DNA of 63,283 bases, the filler included, from Octopus bimaculoides (lineage: Eukaryota), in the NCBI RefSeq assembly GCF_001194135.2. It is 5 parts of 4 records of this genome, joined end to end, with 100 filler letters (N's around TTAATTAATTAA, not from the genome) between each part and the next. Parts side by side here need not be neighbours in the genome. Positions count along the whole stretch, not along the records: positions 1 to 7,298 come from NC_068991.1; positions 7,399 to 25,581 come from NC_068997.1; 3 more parts are not named here. One strand, given 5' to 3'. The translations under genes were made by a program, and so were the position numbers. Below are positions 1 through 14,460 of this stretch, piece by piece (the stretch's first letter is position 1; every line of letters begins with the position of its first letter). The notes beneath the pieces were generated by a model. The model saw only the letters and a program-made list of their open reading frames with translations, was not told the DNA's origin and did not search any database.

Positions 1-397
1 CACTTTCTCTCTCTCCCTCTCCCTCTCTCTCTCACATACACACGCACTTTCTCTCTCTCCCTCACACACACACACACACACACACACTTTCTTTCTCTGT
101 CTCACACACACAAACACACATTCTCTCTCTCTCGCACACACACACACAAACACACACACTTTCTCTCTTTCTCACACACACAAAGACACACTTTCTCCCT
201 CTCTCGCGCACACACATACAAACACACACACACTTTCTCTCTCTCACACACACACACACTCTCTCATACACACACACACTCTCTCTCTCACACAAAAACA
301 CACATACACATACACAAACACACACACTTTTCTCTCTCACACACACACCCACACAGTCTCTCTCATACACACACTGTCTCTCTCACACACATACACA
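1..397. repeat. Compound (CT)n/(CA)n microsatellite
   Basis: Direct reading. Confidence 0.95.
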
Positions 398-1263
398 CAG
401 GTATACAATTTCCACAAAATGGTATAACACGTGAAATGTCAGAAACAATGGTTAATCCTATTCTAAATACACTCGACGGCTTTAACAAAAACCAAAAACA
501 TATTACATAACATAGTTCCTGTCTCACTGTTTCTGAAAAATGTAAATACACTGCATAGTTAGGAGTGAAAGAGCTTTGCTTGATAACAGGGGGGACGCTT
601 CTGATCAGCGCTGACTTGATACCTAACAACCACCACCAACAACAACATCAACAACACCACCTCGACTAACAGCAATAATAATAATAACAACAAGAATAAC
701 AATAACGATAGCAACAACGATATTTCGATATAGAGTAATCATAGACATATAAACTCACTTACCTATGAAAACTATCTTTAATGAACTCAGGACAATTGGA
801 AGGAAGCTTAGGCCGCAGACCACATATTGGGATATTTGGTAGGCTCCTTTCTCCTTCAGACTTATGAATAAAGAGTCAACATCGATCATTTTGGCAAGTT
901 TGGACGAGGAAGGAAAGAGTGAGAGAGAGAAAGGAAGAAAGAAGAGAGAACGTAATGTAGTTTTTTGAAAGATTTAAACTGTTTTCTTCCGAGCTGCGGC
1001 TTGTGAATGAGTGAGACAAGTGCGAGTGGCCCTAATTTGGTTATTCTCGTCACTGAAAGTTGGAAACTAGATCAACGAGATTTGTACCTTATCTTAGTGA
1101 AAGCTGACGATAATAGTTGTATGTTTAGAAATACTATTACGAATGAAGTAGAGTCTTTATTTGTCTTAAAGGTTATAAATAAATAAAAACAGCAGCAAAT
1201 TAAAGCATTTTGACATTTTTTAAATATATATTTATACTTTTGTTTTCATGCCAGTACCATTAC

Positions 1264-1641
1264 TACATACACACACACGCACACACACACACACATACAT
1301 ACATACACACATACATACATACATGCACACATACATACATACATACATACACGCATGCATAAAGAAATACAGACAGACAGACAGACATACATGCATACAT
1401 ACATACATACATACGTGCATACATACGTGCATGCATGCATGCATACATACATACATACACACAAACATACATACATACATACATACATGCACACATACAT
1501 ACAGACAGACAGACACACATGCATACATACATACATACATACACACAAACATACAAACATACATACATACATACACACATACATACATGCGTATGTTCAT
1601 GCATACATAAATTCATGTATACATTCCACGGGTATTCTAGC

Positions 1642-1684
<43 letters not shown>
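1264..1684. repeat. Compound (CATA)n/(CAGA)n/(TG)n microsatellite
   Basis: Direct reading. It is the source of the MYVC/IHTY pseudo-ORFs. Confidence 0.95.
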
Positions 1685-1687
<3 letters not shown>

Positions 1688-1855
1688 AAATACCCGTGAT
1701 CCGTTGGATCATTTGGAAGTTTCCCAGCAACGGAGTTTTGTTTCGTGGGTTTATATTTATTAATTTTTATCTTTTTCTTTTCCGGGTTATTTCACGTGTT
1801 TTCAACGAATGTGACATCGAAATCACGCGTACACAGCTCCTTTCTCCAGAAGAGG

Positions 1856-1974
1856 AAAGATTTGGCTGCTATTTCTTGCACGCCCTGCTACCGCGTAACA
1901 GGTATTTCGGGTCCTTTATCGCAAATAGCTGTTACATGGTAGCAGGGCGTGCTAGAAATAGCAGCCAAATCTTT
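1856..1974. repeat. 52-bp-arm hairpin (MITE-like)
   Basis: Arms 1856-1907 and 1923-1974, 4 mismatches, 15-nt loop. Confidence 0.85.
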
Positions 1975-2183
1975 GGAGCTGCGATACGTGGAATGCACGC
2001 GAAAATGTTTTTGTAATGGTATTATTCCCTTGGGGCGATCATTTGCTTTGACTCTTAGAACCGTCGTTTTGACTCTCAGAACTGTCATCCGGATCAGCTG
2101 GTTTGGTTCGTTAATTTCCGTAAACATTTTTTAGTTATTTATTTATTTACTGTTCTTTTAAATTGAAAAAGAGAAAATGAAAA

Positions 2184-2219
<36 letters not shown>

Positions 2220-2536
2220 ACTTACACCTACATGAGAACACACACGTTCACGCACCCACTCCCCCNNNNNNNNNNNNNNNNNNNNNNNNNNNNNNNNNNN
2301 NNNNNNNNNNNNNNNNNNNNNNNNNNNNNNNNNNNNNNNNNNNNNNNNNNNNNNNNNNNNNNNNNNNNNNNNNNNNNNNNNNNNNNNNNNNNNNNNNNNN
2401 NNNNNNNNNNNNNNNNNNNNNNNNNNNNNNNNNNNNNNNNNNNNNNNNNNNNNNNNNNNNNNNNNNNNNNNNNNNNNNNNNNNNNNNNNNNNNNNNNNNN
2501 NNNNNNNNNNNNNNNNNNNNNNNNNNNNNNNNNNNN

Positions 2537-2571
<35 letters not shown>

Positions 2572-3216
2572 GCACACGTCAATTTCATATAGTCGTACAT
2601 ACAGGAATTCCAACCACGTTTCGTGGTTTGCTACCTCAATAGCTCCTTTATAGGATCCAGTGGCTAAGAACATTATCAGGAGGAACCATGTCTGGTTTCG
2701 GCCCCTACTCCTCAACCGTTTTCGACGTGGCGCCCCCCACCACTTTCGGAGGTGTCTTCAGCTTTGGTGTTGAGTACGTTTCTTCTTTCTCCTTTTTTCT
2801 TCTGTTCCCTGGCCTCTTCAATGCAGCGTCAACGAGTGTCAGCGGGCGACTGATCACTCTGCCATTTTTTTCAGCAAGAAATAAACAAAAATTGTGTCTA
2901 GTCGTTTTCGTTAATAGATATAGGTCCAAATGTCAAAAAATTGTACTGCACTGCCAATGGTAAATATCAAAATAAATATGCCAAACAAAATTAAAATAAA
3001 ATATACTGTTTCTGAGATATTTCTAGTGCAGACAAACATCCTTAGAGTTTTAGTGTTATTAAGATTAGCAGATGTCTGTATTTTTATGTCTGTGCATAAT
3101 GCCAACGAGGGAGGGCGAGGGGTGGATAGAAACAGAGAAGCAAAGTGAGGAAATGACTCTTTACTTCTCCGCTTTCCAATAGAGGGAGCAATGTAAACAG
3201 TGTAAGTGTGTGAGTT

Positions 3217-3338
<122 letters not shown>

Positions 3339-3460
3339 TGTGTGTGTGTGTGTGTGTGTGTGTAAAAGAAACAGACATAGACTAAAAGAGTGGAACAACT
3401 GCAGAGGGTGAGAGAGAATGTGTGAGCGACAGAAACACAGAATGAGAAAAAGACAGAGAG

Positions 3461-4057
3461 AAAAGTTCACAAGAAAAATGTTCTCACTCTCTGCAAGAGG
3501 AGACGGAGTAGAAGTGGGTGGTCAGTATTCTACAGAGAAGCAAAGACGAGTACAAGTAACCAGAGCAAGGTCACTAGAGACCCATGCACAACGAAACAGA
3601 GAGAGAAAAAAAACAAGTTTCTATAGGAGAAGTTGAAAGAGAGAGGGATAGCGGGAGTGAGAGAGAGAGAGAGAGTGAGTGAGGAGAGAGACGCTAACGT
3701 TTGATACTGCATGTTCTATAGGTGAAGGGGAAAGAAAGCCGGCACAAAGAGAGGGGGGAAATGGGAGAGAAAGAGATGCTGATGTTTGATACTGTATGTA
3801 TGTGTGTCTGCGTGTGTGCGCGCGCATGCGTACAGCATTCCACAATTGCCATTTATTTAAATCACTCTTATGAAGATATTCACGTAACTTTCACTCATTT
3901 TTTCATTTAATCCCCATTTTAATTTTCAAAAAAGTTCAAAAGAAAAATGTTCTCTACAAGAGGAGACGGGGTAGAAGTAGATGGTCAGTATTCTACAGTG
4001 AAGCAAAGACGAGTACAAGTAACCAGAGCAAGGTCACTAGAGACCCATGCACAACGA
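3461..4057 (+). repeat. Local about 130-bp direct duplication (3461-3594 and 3930-4057)
   Basis: Near-identical aaaagttca.aagaaaaatgttctc..gaagcaaagacgagtacaagtaaccagagcaaggtcactagagacccatgcacaacga in both copies. Confidence 0.9.
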
Positions 4058-4343
4058 CAGCAAAGGCTGAGCCTTTTTTAAACACAACATCATTCTTAAT
4101 TAAATGCATCCTAATCTTTCTAAAAATTATCTACATGGATTACCATTGAACTTTAAAAACTCAAAGACAATATAATGTATTGGTATATTTATTTTTAATA
4201 TATTTTTTATATTTTTGTAAAAAACATTATCTTCATTTTCCCTCTTCTTGAAAAGTTGCCATGCAATGAAAGTCGGTTAGAAATCCTTTTAATTCTCCCT
4301 ATACACATCTATATTAAAATATGCTTTCAGTTTAGCATTCTGC

Positions 4344-4411
<68 letters not shown>

Positions 4412-5653
4412 CATTATTACTATTATTATTATTATTATTATTGTTATTATTATTTTCCTATATATNNNNNNNNNNNNNNNNNNNNNNNNNNNNNNNNNNN
4501 NNNNNNNNNNNNNNNATATATACACCGGGCTTCCCCACACCTTCCATGTACGAAATTCACTCGCAATGCATTGGTCTGCTCGGAGCTATTGCTAGAAGAA
4601 CACTTGTCCTAGATGCCTCCAGTGAAAGCATTTGTCTGCAAAGCGAGCTTCTGATATATAATAAACTTACCTGCTAATGAAAACAATTGACATCCAGAAA
4701 CCCACTTTCTCTTTAGATTCTTTAGCATTGACTAAAATTATAGGATCAAGTTACCTCCATAAAAACAACTCAGTATTAATTAGAATTTTATGCAGCTTTT
4801 TTCTGCTGTGCTATTGTGTCCGATAAGAATAGGCAGTAAAATCTGAAAAAAATTTGTTCTCAGTATGCAATGCTGCATAAAGTCGACGACCAGACGTTAT
4901 ATATATTCAGGCATTAACACACTTACGATTGGTTCTGTTTATTTTTAATACTATCTACTTAATTTAACAACAAGTCTTAATTTTCTACTTCTTTACTTTT
5001 TTCTTCTCACTCATCGAATTGGGTCTACGGCAACAAATGAATAAATTAGAACTGCGTTAAGAGTGTGCGTTTCTGTGGAATAACAAGCCACTTGCTGGTT
5101 AATTTCACAAGCAGGCTGTTCCGTCGATCGGATCAACTGGAACCATTGTCGTCATAACCAACCAAATGCCAGTAATAGTGCGGATGCATATAAATGTGAT
5201 GTCCGTCGGTGATCTCTTTGATTCTCCGCCCTAAATGTTGACACAGTTTTCGTATTTAGGACAAGTTTTTATTAAATGTGTGACCATATAATACGGTTTA
5301 TATATTCTCCCGCATAAGAACAATTTGTTTAAAATACGCTGATTTGCTTTTATATTTGCGAGATCTTGTCGCCTTTTTTTATACAAGACACGCTAATTTA
5401 GCCAGAACCAAAAATATCACAATTTGTGGTTTAGCGTTTATATGTATTACTCTCTTGAATAAATTACCATTTCCCTTTAAATTTGCACCAACTCCTGTTT
5501 ATTTATTACAAAACTATCTAAATGTTTAAAAATTCACATCAATTACACGCTAGCTGATTGTTGACAGTAATTTCTTTCTAATTGAGTAACCACCCTGTCA
5601 TTCAAGTCACCTGAACTTCAAATGAGCGTCCTTATTCTTTCATATAAAATTTA

Positions 5654-6048
5654 TATTCTTTTATTCTTTTATTCTTTTAATTGTTTCAGTCATTTGACTG
5701 CGGCCATGCTGGAGCAGCGCCTTTAGTCGAGCAAATCGACCCCAGGGCTTATTCTCTGTATGCCTAGTACTTATTTTATCGGTTCCTTTAGCCAAACCGC
5801 TAAGTTACGGGGACGTAAGCACACCAGCATCGGTTGTCAAGCGATGGTGGGGAACAAACAAGGACACACAAACACACGCACACACACATATATATACGAT
5901 GGGCTTCTTTCAGTTTCCATCTACCAAATCCACTAACAAGGCTTTGGTCGGCCTGAGGCTATAGTAGAAGACACTCGCCCAAGGTGTCACGCAGTAGGAC
6001 TGAACCTGGAACCATGTGGCTGGTTAGCAAGCTACTTACCACACAGCC
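5654..6048 (-). mobile_element. SINE family A, full length
   Basis: Reverse complement aligns end to end with 55921-56348. Confidence 0.85.
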
Positions 6049-6174
6049 AGGAAAAATATATACGTTTATGCACAACGTAAATAACATTCGGGAATTTTGA
6101 ATGAATATATTTCGTTTAGAAAATAGGAAGATATATATACAAAATAACATTTTAGAAGTCATTATGATAATTAC

Positions 6175-6358
6175 GTCGGACGAAGTGCTTAGCGATATTT
6201 CGTCTCTCTTTACGTTGTGAGTTCAAACTTCGCCGAGGTCGACTTTTTCTTTTATCCATTTGGATTAATAAATTAAGTAATAGTTGCATACTGAGGTCGA
6301 TCTAAATGATTGGCCCCCTCCCCAAAAATTTTAGGCCTTGTGCTTATAACAGAAAGCA
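6175..6358 (+). mobile_element. SINE family B, 5'-truncated
   Basis: gtgcttagcgatatttcgtc..gagttcaaacttcgccgaggtcgac..gccttgtgc. Confidence 0.75.
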
Positions 6359-7057
6359 TTATATTATATTACAATATATCGTAAAAACTATAAAGTTTTA
6401 CAACTACAACTGGAAAACATGAATTACATTTATCATGACAGATTTTCGATAGAAAAAAAAACATAGAAGAAGGAAAAATTACTGAAACACCTTAGATTAA
6501 GAATCTCTAATGAAGAAAGAATCTAGCTGTACCGGCAACTGAAATTCGAAACTAGAGTAATGCGACAAATATTTTGCTTCACTAACATTGTGCATTTCTA
6601 AACTTGATGACGTTCTCTTGTATAATAATAATGATATCATCATAATTCTGTATTCAAATGCCACCAGGGCTAATTTTGCCTTTCATCATTTCGGGGTGGA
6701 TAAAATAAGCACCCGATGAGCGTTGGAGTAGCTATAATCGATTTGCCCCGCCCCAAAATTGCTGGCCTTGTTCCAAAATTTAAAGCCAACATTTCATATT
6801 ATCTTCATGCAGTATTTTTGATGTCCATTTCTCCCGTCCGTTTAATGCACGCTTCACTTATTCGTTGTTGTATCACTGAACAACGTTCGGGGTTGTTAAA
6901 TATCTCAGAGCAATTCGTGAAAAAACGCTGCCTTTATTCCTGAAGATAGTTTTACGAATGTCAAATTGCATTTCTTTGTGCAAGGTAAATAACTCTTCCG
7001 AGCCATTCTAACTCATACTCGAGTTATTGCACTTGATTTGATACTGGAAATATTTTA

Positions 7058-7245
7058 TTATTCTATTCTTTTCTTTGTTTCAGCCATTTGACTGTGGCTA
7101 TGCTGGAGCACCGCTTGGACGAGTTTTAGTCAAACAAATCGACCCCAGGACTTATCCTTTGTAAGCCTAGTACTTATTCTATCAGTTTATCTTTTGCCAA
7201 TCAGCTAAGTTACAGGGACGTAAATATACCAGCATCGGTGTGATG
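7058..7245 (-). mobile_element. SINE family A, 3' half
   Basis: Matches 5654-5850 and runs into (CA)n and a gap. Confidence 0.75.
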
Positions 7246-7255
7246 GACACGCACG

Positions 7256-7295
<40 letters not shown>

Positions 7296-7298
7296 CAC

Positions 7299-7398
7299 NN
7301 NNNNNNNNNNNNNNNNNNNNNNNNNNNNNNNNNNNNNNNNNNTTAATTAATTAANNNNNNNNNNNNNNNNNNNNNNNNNNNNNNNNNNNNNNNNNNNN
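7299..7398. other. Artificial scaffolding spacer N44-TTAATTAATTAA-N44 (also 25582-25681, 48094-48193, 62005-62104)
   Basis: All four are exactly 44 N + 12 bp + 44 N = 100 bp. The palindromic 12-mer puts stops in all six frames. Confidence 0.95.
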
Positions 7399-7591
7399 TA
7401 TATATATATATATATACATATATAAGCTATTAGTGTTGTGTGTGTTTATTGTTTATGTCCCTCCATGCCTTGTATCGTTATAGGTTAGTGCAAGAATTTC
7501 TCTCGTTCATTGCGGATGTTTTCATCACGCATATAAATACACACACACACATACACGCACGCACACATACACAAATATACACACACACACA

Positions 7592-7630
<39 letters not shown>

Positions 7631-8007
7631 GCGTTTACCTTTCTATATTTCGTTTGCTCTGCTTGTACGTAATATGTTATGCTTTTGTATGTAATTACTC
7701 TATATCGTGTGGTTGTCAAGTATGTTCTGTTTTCTGTAATATATATGTTTTAGTCGATCTGTTTGCCTGCAAACATTCTCAAAATGTGATGAGCCCGGTT
7801 TTAGCTTCACTGGACTTTGTGGAGTAAATCGGGCTGAAATGGACTGACGTGACGTCAGAGGAGATAATGTTTGTACCGATGTGGTATGCGCATATATAGT
7901 TTTTTTTTTTTTGTTTTATGCTAGAACCTCTGACTCTTCGTCTTCGTGTATGTATGTACATTTGTTTATGCATGTAAATTTGCTTCTGTACATATGTATA
8001 TTCCTGC

Positions 8008-8104
<97 letters not shown>

Positions 8105-8190
8105 CACACATACATATATATATGTATATATTAAATATATACATATATACATGTACATGTATGTATACATATACATGTACATACATATAT

Positions 8191-8277
<87 letters not shown>

Positions 8278-10497
8278 TATATATATATATATATATTTAT
8301 ACATACATATATATGTATGTATATATATGCATGTATATAAACATATATGTGTGTATGCAAATATATGTGTATATGTATGTGCATGTGTGTGTGTGTGTGT
8401 GTATGGGTGTATAAATGTACTGCTTCTGTGTTCAACGTATATTTATGTTATTAATCTCATGATGTTCGTGGGATACCGCATGTGTATGCTGATAAGCGTT
8501 AAATATAACAAACACAGAAACGCACACTCAAAGAACTCCAAACTCGCATAGAAGCAGAAGTACAGGATGAGAAATACGGTCTTGAGATTGTTCCCCTTAT
8601 TTAGTTCCATATCCCCGTATACGTCGTCATATGTATTTTCCGAATGATAAAAACATACACCGTGGGAATCACGACATGGCATTTCTGACAATCACAGTCA
8701 TCAACGATCTATGCATGTTCGTTTAATATATGTCTGATAAATGACGAAAACATACACATGCAATTGAAAAATGTGAGAGAAATATTACCTTAAATTACTG
8801 TGTATTAATGTGCGTATGTATGTCTAGGTATGTGTGTACTTACATATATACACATACATATGTACAAATATGTATAAACATTTTATTATCGTTTAACTTA
8901 GTCAGTTGTATCTTTTACTTGCTTCAGTCATTGGACAACGGCCAATCTGGTACACTACCCTGAGGTATTTCGCTGAACAAATTGACCGCAGTGCTTATAA
9001 TTCTATGTCGATTATTTATTCAGTCGATCTATTCTGCATTCGTTAATTTACACATTCTTGTACTGTCTCCAGTTAAACATGCGAGTCATAACAATTTATG
9101 TTAAACTGTTGATATGTTTGTCTTATAAATTTCAACTTGACATCCACAGTGCATAGTTCGTACGACCTTTAGATAATTGCAAGAATAATTTTATAAATAT
9201 TTATTGGCCTAATAATAACTGTTAAGTTTACATGTATATAAGCTTTCATTTTCCTTAGGCCTCAAGACAAACAATCCATCCTTACACAAATCCCAACTCG
9301 AACTATTGATATTCGCAGAAATAATAGTCATCCCAGCTTATGAGAATGACAATGCCAATGTAGATGTTACCCCTATTATATACTGGAAGTATTAAGAAAG
9401 CAAAAACAAAACATTTCAAAACAACCTATAGTTATCATAAAGTATTTAACTCCAAAACGCCAAGCTTAGATAATGTTGCAAGGTACAAGAGACGCAAATA
9501 TGTATCCACACAATATTCATCGTACAATATTCCTAACCGTAAGAGCCGAAAGCCTACAATGTTCATTGGCATGATCCTGTTACTCAAGTGTTATGCTCTA
9601 TAGAGCTATTTTCACAATATCCGATGGAATCACAGGACAGCAACTCAGTGAAAACTGATAAGAGGTTTAAGAGGGGTTACATCTACCACATTCATTCCTT
9701 TAAATGAAGGGAAAGGGAAAACTCCACCTAGCTACATTGCTATATCTCGAGATTCGGAGACCATTGAGAGAACTTGTTTTTGCTTACCCGAATCTCGTAA
9801 TTGTCAAATATTCCACTATACACATAATACACCTTACATTATCCATCAATACGAAAACGCTCCTGTATAACTGTACCCATATAAAAGTTCTATGTTCGTG
9901 AAATTTAAGACATTACGTGCTTTTAAATACCACCTAAGGTGTAGCAGATTCATACCAATTCGCAGGGTGCATAATCCCTGCTGCGCATAGAGAATAAATC
10001 TATGCACATGTCGACCGCATTAACTGATATAAATAACTTGACACTATCGAATCGGTTTCTTCCCCTCCCCCCTGGTAGCAGTTGTCGCTGAAATACTGTA
10101 GAGAAAGACAACAAACTTAACACTAGTATTTTGTCTGTCTGCCCTAACACCTAAATTATCAAATGGAAACACCTGAAGTATCTTAATTTTCAGCTGATGT
10201 CGCTGGGTATCACATTCTGAAGAAAACCGACAAATTGCCAACATTCTGTCTGCTGCATTACCTTGACTTCTCCGTATTGGTCGGTATGACTGTAAAAGAT
10301 ATCACGTGCCCTGAACTGAACAATGGCGGGCAAAATACTCTCACCAATGTACGTTTCAATTTCTTTGATATTCTGTCCTGTTTATTTCTGAACCTCTGCT
10401 GTTTTTCCCAGGAAACTTTAAATAACTTGAACTAAACGAGTATTACATGCATGTAACTCTAGGAAATTGTCTATATACATGCGTACATATATACATG

Positions 10498-10546
<49 letters not shown>

Positions 10547-10577
10547 ATAGATAGATAGACATACATACACACATATA

Positions 10578-10727
10578 TACTCTTTTAATTGCATCAGTCA
10601 TTTGATTGTGATCATGCCGAAGCCCCGCCTTTAGTCAAGCAAATCGACCCCAGGACTTATTCTTTTTAAGCCTAGTACTTATTCTATCGGTCTTTTTGCC
10701 GAACCGCCACGTTACGTGGACGTAAAT
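10578..10727 (-). mobile_element. SINE family A, 3' fragment
   Basis: gcctttagtcaagcaaatcgaccccaggacttattc..aagcctagtacttattctatcggtc. Confidence 0.75.
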
Positions 10728-11240
10728 CGTGGCTAATGAAGTTAATCATGTGATACTGGTAACATTCTAGAAATCAAACTAAATGCAATATATCTTCAGG
10801 ATCACCACGTTGTGTTCAGTTTTCCATGATACCGTAAATGATATTGAGACTGTCAATTAACTACTGCACCTCACCAATGTCGTAGCATATCTAGGCCACC
10901 AAAAATTAATTTAGAAACGTACTGGAGCACATGGATATTTTTTATATTACATTAAATCAACTGCGATGTATGTTTTTAATGAAATGTTAGGATTACATGA
11001 AGACAGTTTTTTTTTTTACAGATTAACGTAGGAAATAACAACAACTGTATTAAAGTCTTATGGAGTAATATAAAGGATAATTGAATAATGCATACATACA
11101 TAGATATGCACAGACATATATATGTATGTACATATGCATATATATTAAGAGGTAGATACATAAATATACATTCACACAAACATACACATACACAGAGACA
11201 CGAACATACATACATATGTATATATGTATGTATCTATCTA

Positions 11241-11277
<37 letters not shown>

Positions 11278-11373
11278 NNNNNNNNNNNNNNNNNNNNNNN
11301 NNNNNNNNNNNNNNNNNNNNNNNNNNNNNNNNNNNNNNNNNNNNNNNNNNNNNNNNNNNNNNNNNNNNNNNNN

Positions 11374-11443
<70 letters not shown>

Positions 11444-11832
11444 AGCGCAAAAAACATGCGTATATATATCTAAGTATTAATGCAAACATAAGTAGGTACT
11501 TAGAATGCATATGTAGGTGGTAACATGGATTCAGAAGTACATTAATATGTTGATAGCAGTGAAGATAATCGGTAGAAAAGCGAGTTAGCTTCTTTCCGAT
11601 GTAACTCACGTTCTGAGTTCAAACTCAGCATGACTCAAATTTTAAATTTCATGTCACCGGAATTGTTATAAAATAAAGGTTACTTTGGAAATGTCTTCGA
11701 AATTCTCCGAAATATTTTTCCATGCCTATTACACATACAGCAAAATCCCCATCCCCCGAAAACAATAGCTTTGTGCATTGCATAGTTGATAAATGATATG
11801 AATACCGGAATAAAACATTATGTGTAATATGC

Positions 11833-12038
11833 AAGGCGGTGAGCTGGCAGAGTCGTTAAGCGAAATGCTTAGCGGCATTTCGTCTGCCTTTACGTTCTCA
11901 GTTCAAATTCCGCCGAGGTCGACTTTGCCTTTCATCCATTCGGGGTCGATAAATCAATAACCACTTGCGTACTGGGGTCGATTTAATTGACCGGCCCCCA
12001 GCCCAATAATTTCGGACTGTGCCTAGAATAGAAAAGAT
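11833..12038 (+). mobile_element. SINE family B, near full length
   Basis: Aligns to 40737-40947. Confidence 0.8.
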
Positions 12039-12680
12039 TAGCAAGAAGGATTAGGTCATTTCATCGACACAAGCATTAGGGAGTACTTTCTTTACGGTCT
12101 TCGCTGGGACGAAAGACAAGATTAAATACAGCAGGACGGCAACAGAGGGAAGAAATGCCTGACCTTAATTTTTGCAACAGTCATACTATTCTTCTAGGTA
12201 TTGAATTTAGACCACAAAATAATGGATTCATATCTTTGCAGTTCAGAGGAAGAGGTAAGTCGATTATATTTACCCCATAGCTCAACCTTGTACTTATTTT
12301 GTTGACTCCGACAGGTTGAAAGGCAAAGTCAACAAGATAACTTGTTGCAAAGTGTCCAATGGACAATCCTTGCTATATTGTCATTATTATTATTAGAATT
12401 GTTAGCGCATGAACCAAAACGTTTAGCGGCAAGACTAACTGATCTTTACATTCTGAGTTTAAAATCCACCGAGGTCAAGTTTGCTTTTCATTCTTCCAGG
12501 GTCGGTGAAACAAAGTACCAGTTAAATTTCTTTACAGATATCAAATTCCTTTCTCCTCAATCATAAACACTACCCAGCTCCTTGAGCAAGTCACTTCTAC
12601 AACAGTCGGGGCTGGCCAATATGTTATGTATAAATTCGCTAGACAAAACTTTCAAAGAAATCAGTAGCATTTATGTGTTC

Positions 12681-12745
<65 letters not shown>

Positions 12746-12757
12746 TGTGCGTGTGTG

Positions 12758-12788
<31 letters not shown>

Positions 12789-14261
12789 GGGGGGACGTAT
12801 GTATATATGAGTGTATATATATGTGTTTGCGACCTTCTTTGTGCCCCTTCTGCTTTTCACCATGTGATGTTTTGTTTACATTCCCATAACTCTGTAATTC
12901 CGTTTAAGAAACCGAACGACTTTCAGAAAACACAAGTATCGCAGACGATTTTCTCAACTAAACACTTCGAGGTTGTGCTCCAGCAAGGCCGCATTCTTAT
13001 ATCTAAAATATGTAAAAGAGAGTTGGCATTATTGAATAACGCTCAAAGGAACCGTTAGTGATAATGATTTAGCCGTTTTAATCTCTGAGGGTCTTCGAGA
13101 GACAAGGACACACACCTTCTTCTAAGACCAAACTAATAAAAATAAGTGATATTTATCTATGTACACTCTAAAGTACATTTAGGAATATCACTTTAGTAAT
13201 ATAGCTTTTGTGATATCAATTTTGTAATATCGATGTTATTATTATACCAATTTCATAATGACATTGAGTCACGTTTGTAGTTGTGTTTAGTTATAACAAA
13301 CCACACTCACAGTGATATTTAATGATATCAATTTAGCAATATCGATTTAATGATATCAGGCTACACACGTAGGTATATTTAGCGACACACACATCCACAC
13401 ACACACACATACAAACACACACACACAGAGCATATACACACATCTATTCGTGTGCATGCATATAGAAACTCATATAGTAATGTAATATCGAGCCATACGC
13501 TAGGTATGAATTATTATCATATCAAAGAACACTCGCAAATACGTTCAGTTTTAATGTTTTAAATTTATTGTATTATTGATCGCAATTTAGTGAATTCGAA
13601 CAACACACGCAACTATATATAGTTGTAGCAGACTAAAGTCTCAATTATATGTAGACCTCTTCCAATTTAATCGTATCGAATTTTACACCCGGAAGTATAT
13701 TTAAGAAATACCTATTAAGTGTTCTTGATTTAATGAAGAGTCATCGAACCCATCCCCTATTTTGTTTGATTAATTGCAAGGAATCAACAAATAATGTCCA
13801 TAGTTGAACTAAGAAATTCATTTTGGACTACAAGTTTCTGCACTTATAATAAGGAGTATCTATCTGTTTCTTTTGTATGCAAATCGTGGGTAGAATATAC
13901 ATCTGTAATCTAATATCTATTCTTGTACAAATGTGCAATTATATTTATGTTTAAAATTAAGAAACTTCATCTGCAAATTGAAAATGCATTAGAAATTTTA
14001 ATCAAAGAAATTCTTAAAATGTTATTGCAATGCATTAAGGATTGTATAATTGTTTTTAATTTTGGCAAAATGCCAGCAATTTGCGGGGAAGTGTTTAAAC
14101 AATGCCGTCCTCCCTGTACTTAACCGGTGGTACATTTTCTTGGCAACAGAGGGATACAAAGCAGGATTGATGACAGAGATTTGAACAAAAAGCGCGAAAA
14201 GAAATAGTGCAAGACATATGTTCGAACGCTTTAGCGATTCTACCAATTCACTGCGATTTTA

Positions 14262-14305
<44 letters not shown>

Positions 14306-14309
<4 letters not shown>

Positions 14310-14460
14310 GACGGGTTTCTTTCAGTTTCCGTCTACCAAATCCACTCACGAGGCTTTAGTCGGTCCGAGGCTACAGTAGAAGACACGTGCCCAAGGAGCC
14401 ATGAAGTGAGACTGAACCCGAAATCGTGCGGTTGGGAAGCGAGCTTCTTGCCACACAGCG
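14306..14460 (-). mobile_element. SINE family A, 5' half
   Basis: tacgacgggtttctttcagtttccgtctaccaaatccactcacgaggc...gccacacagc, preceded by (TA)n. Confidence 0.75.

Noticed and set aside
540-610. LGVKE…GGT string resembling the HS3ST 5'-PSB loop
   Set aside because: It is preceded by a stop, the spacing is wrong, and none of the following RALLEFL..HP motif is present.
7343-7354. Identical TTAATTAATTAA islands inside N runs (also 25626, 48138, 62049), superficially like regularly reused sites
   Set aside because: Each is exactly N44+12+N44. This is an artificial scaffold linker with stops in six frames, not biology. Contiguity across them is uncertain.
8443-8691. 82-aa minus-strand ORF (…ENTYDDVYGDMELNK…)
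   Set aside because: No recognisable family or splice context. The length is within chance expectation.
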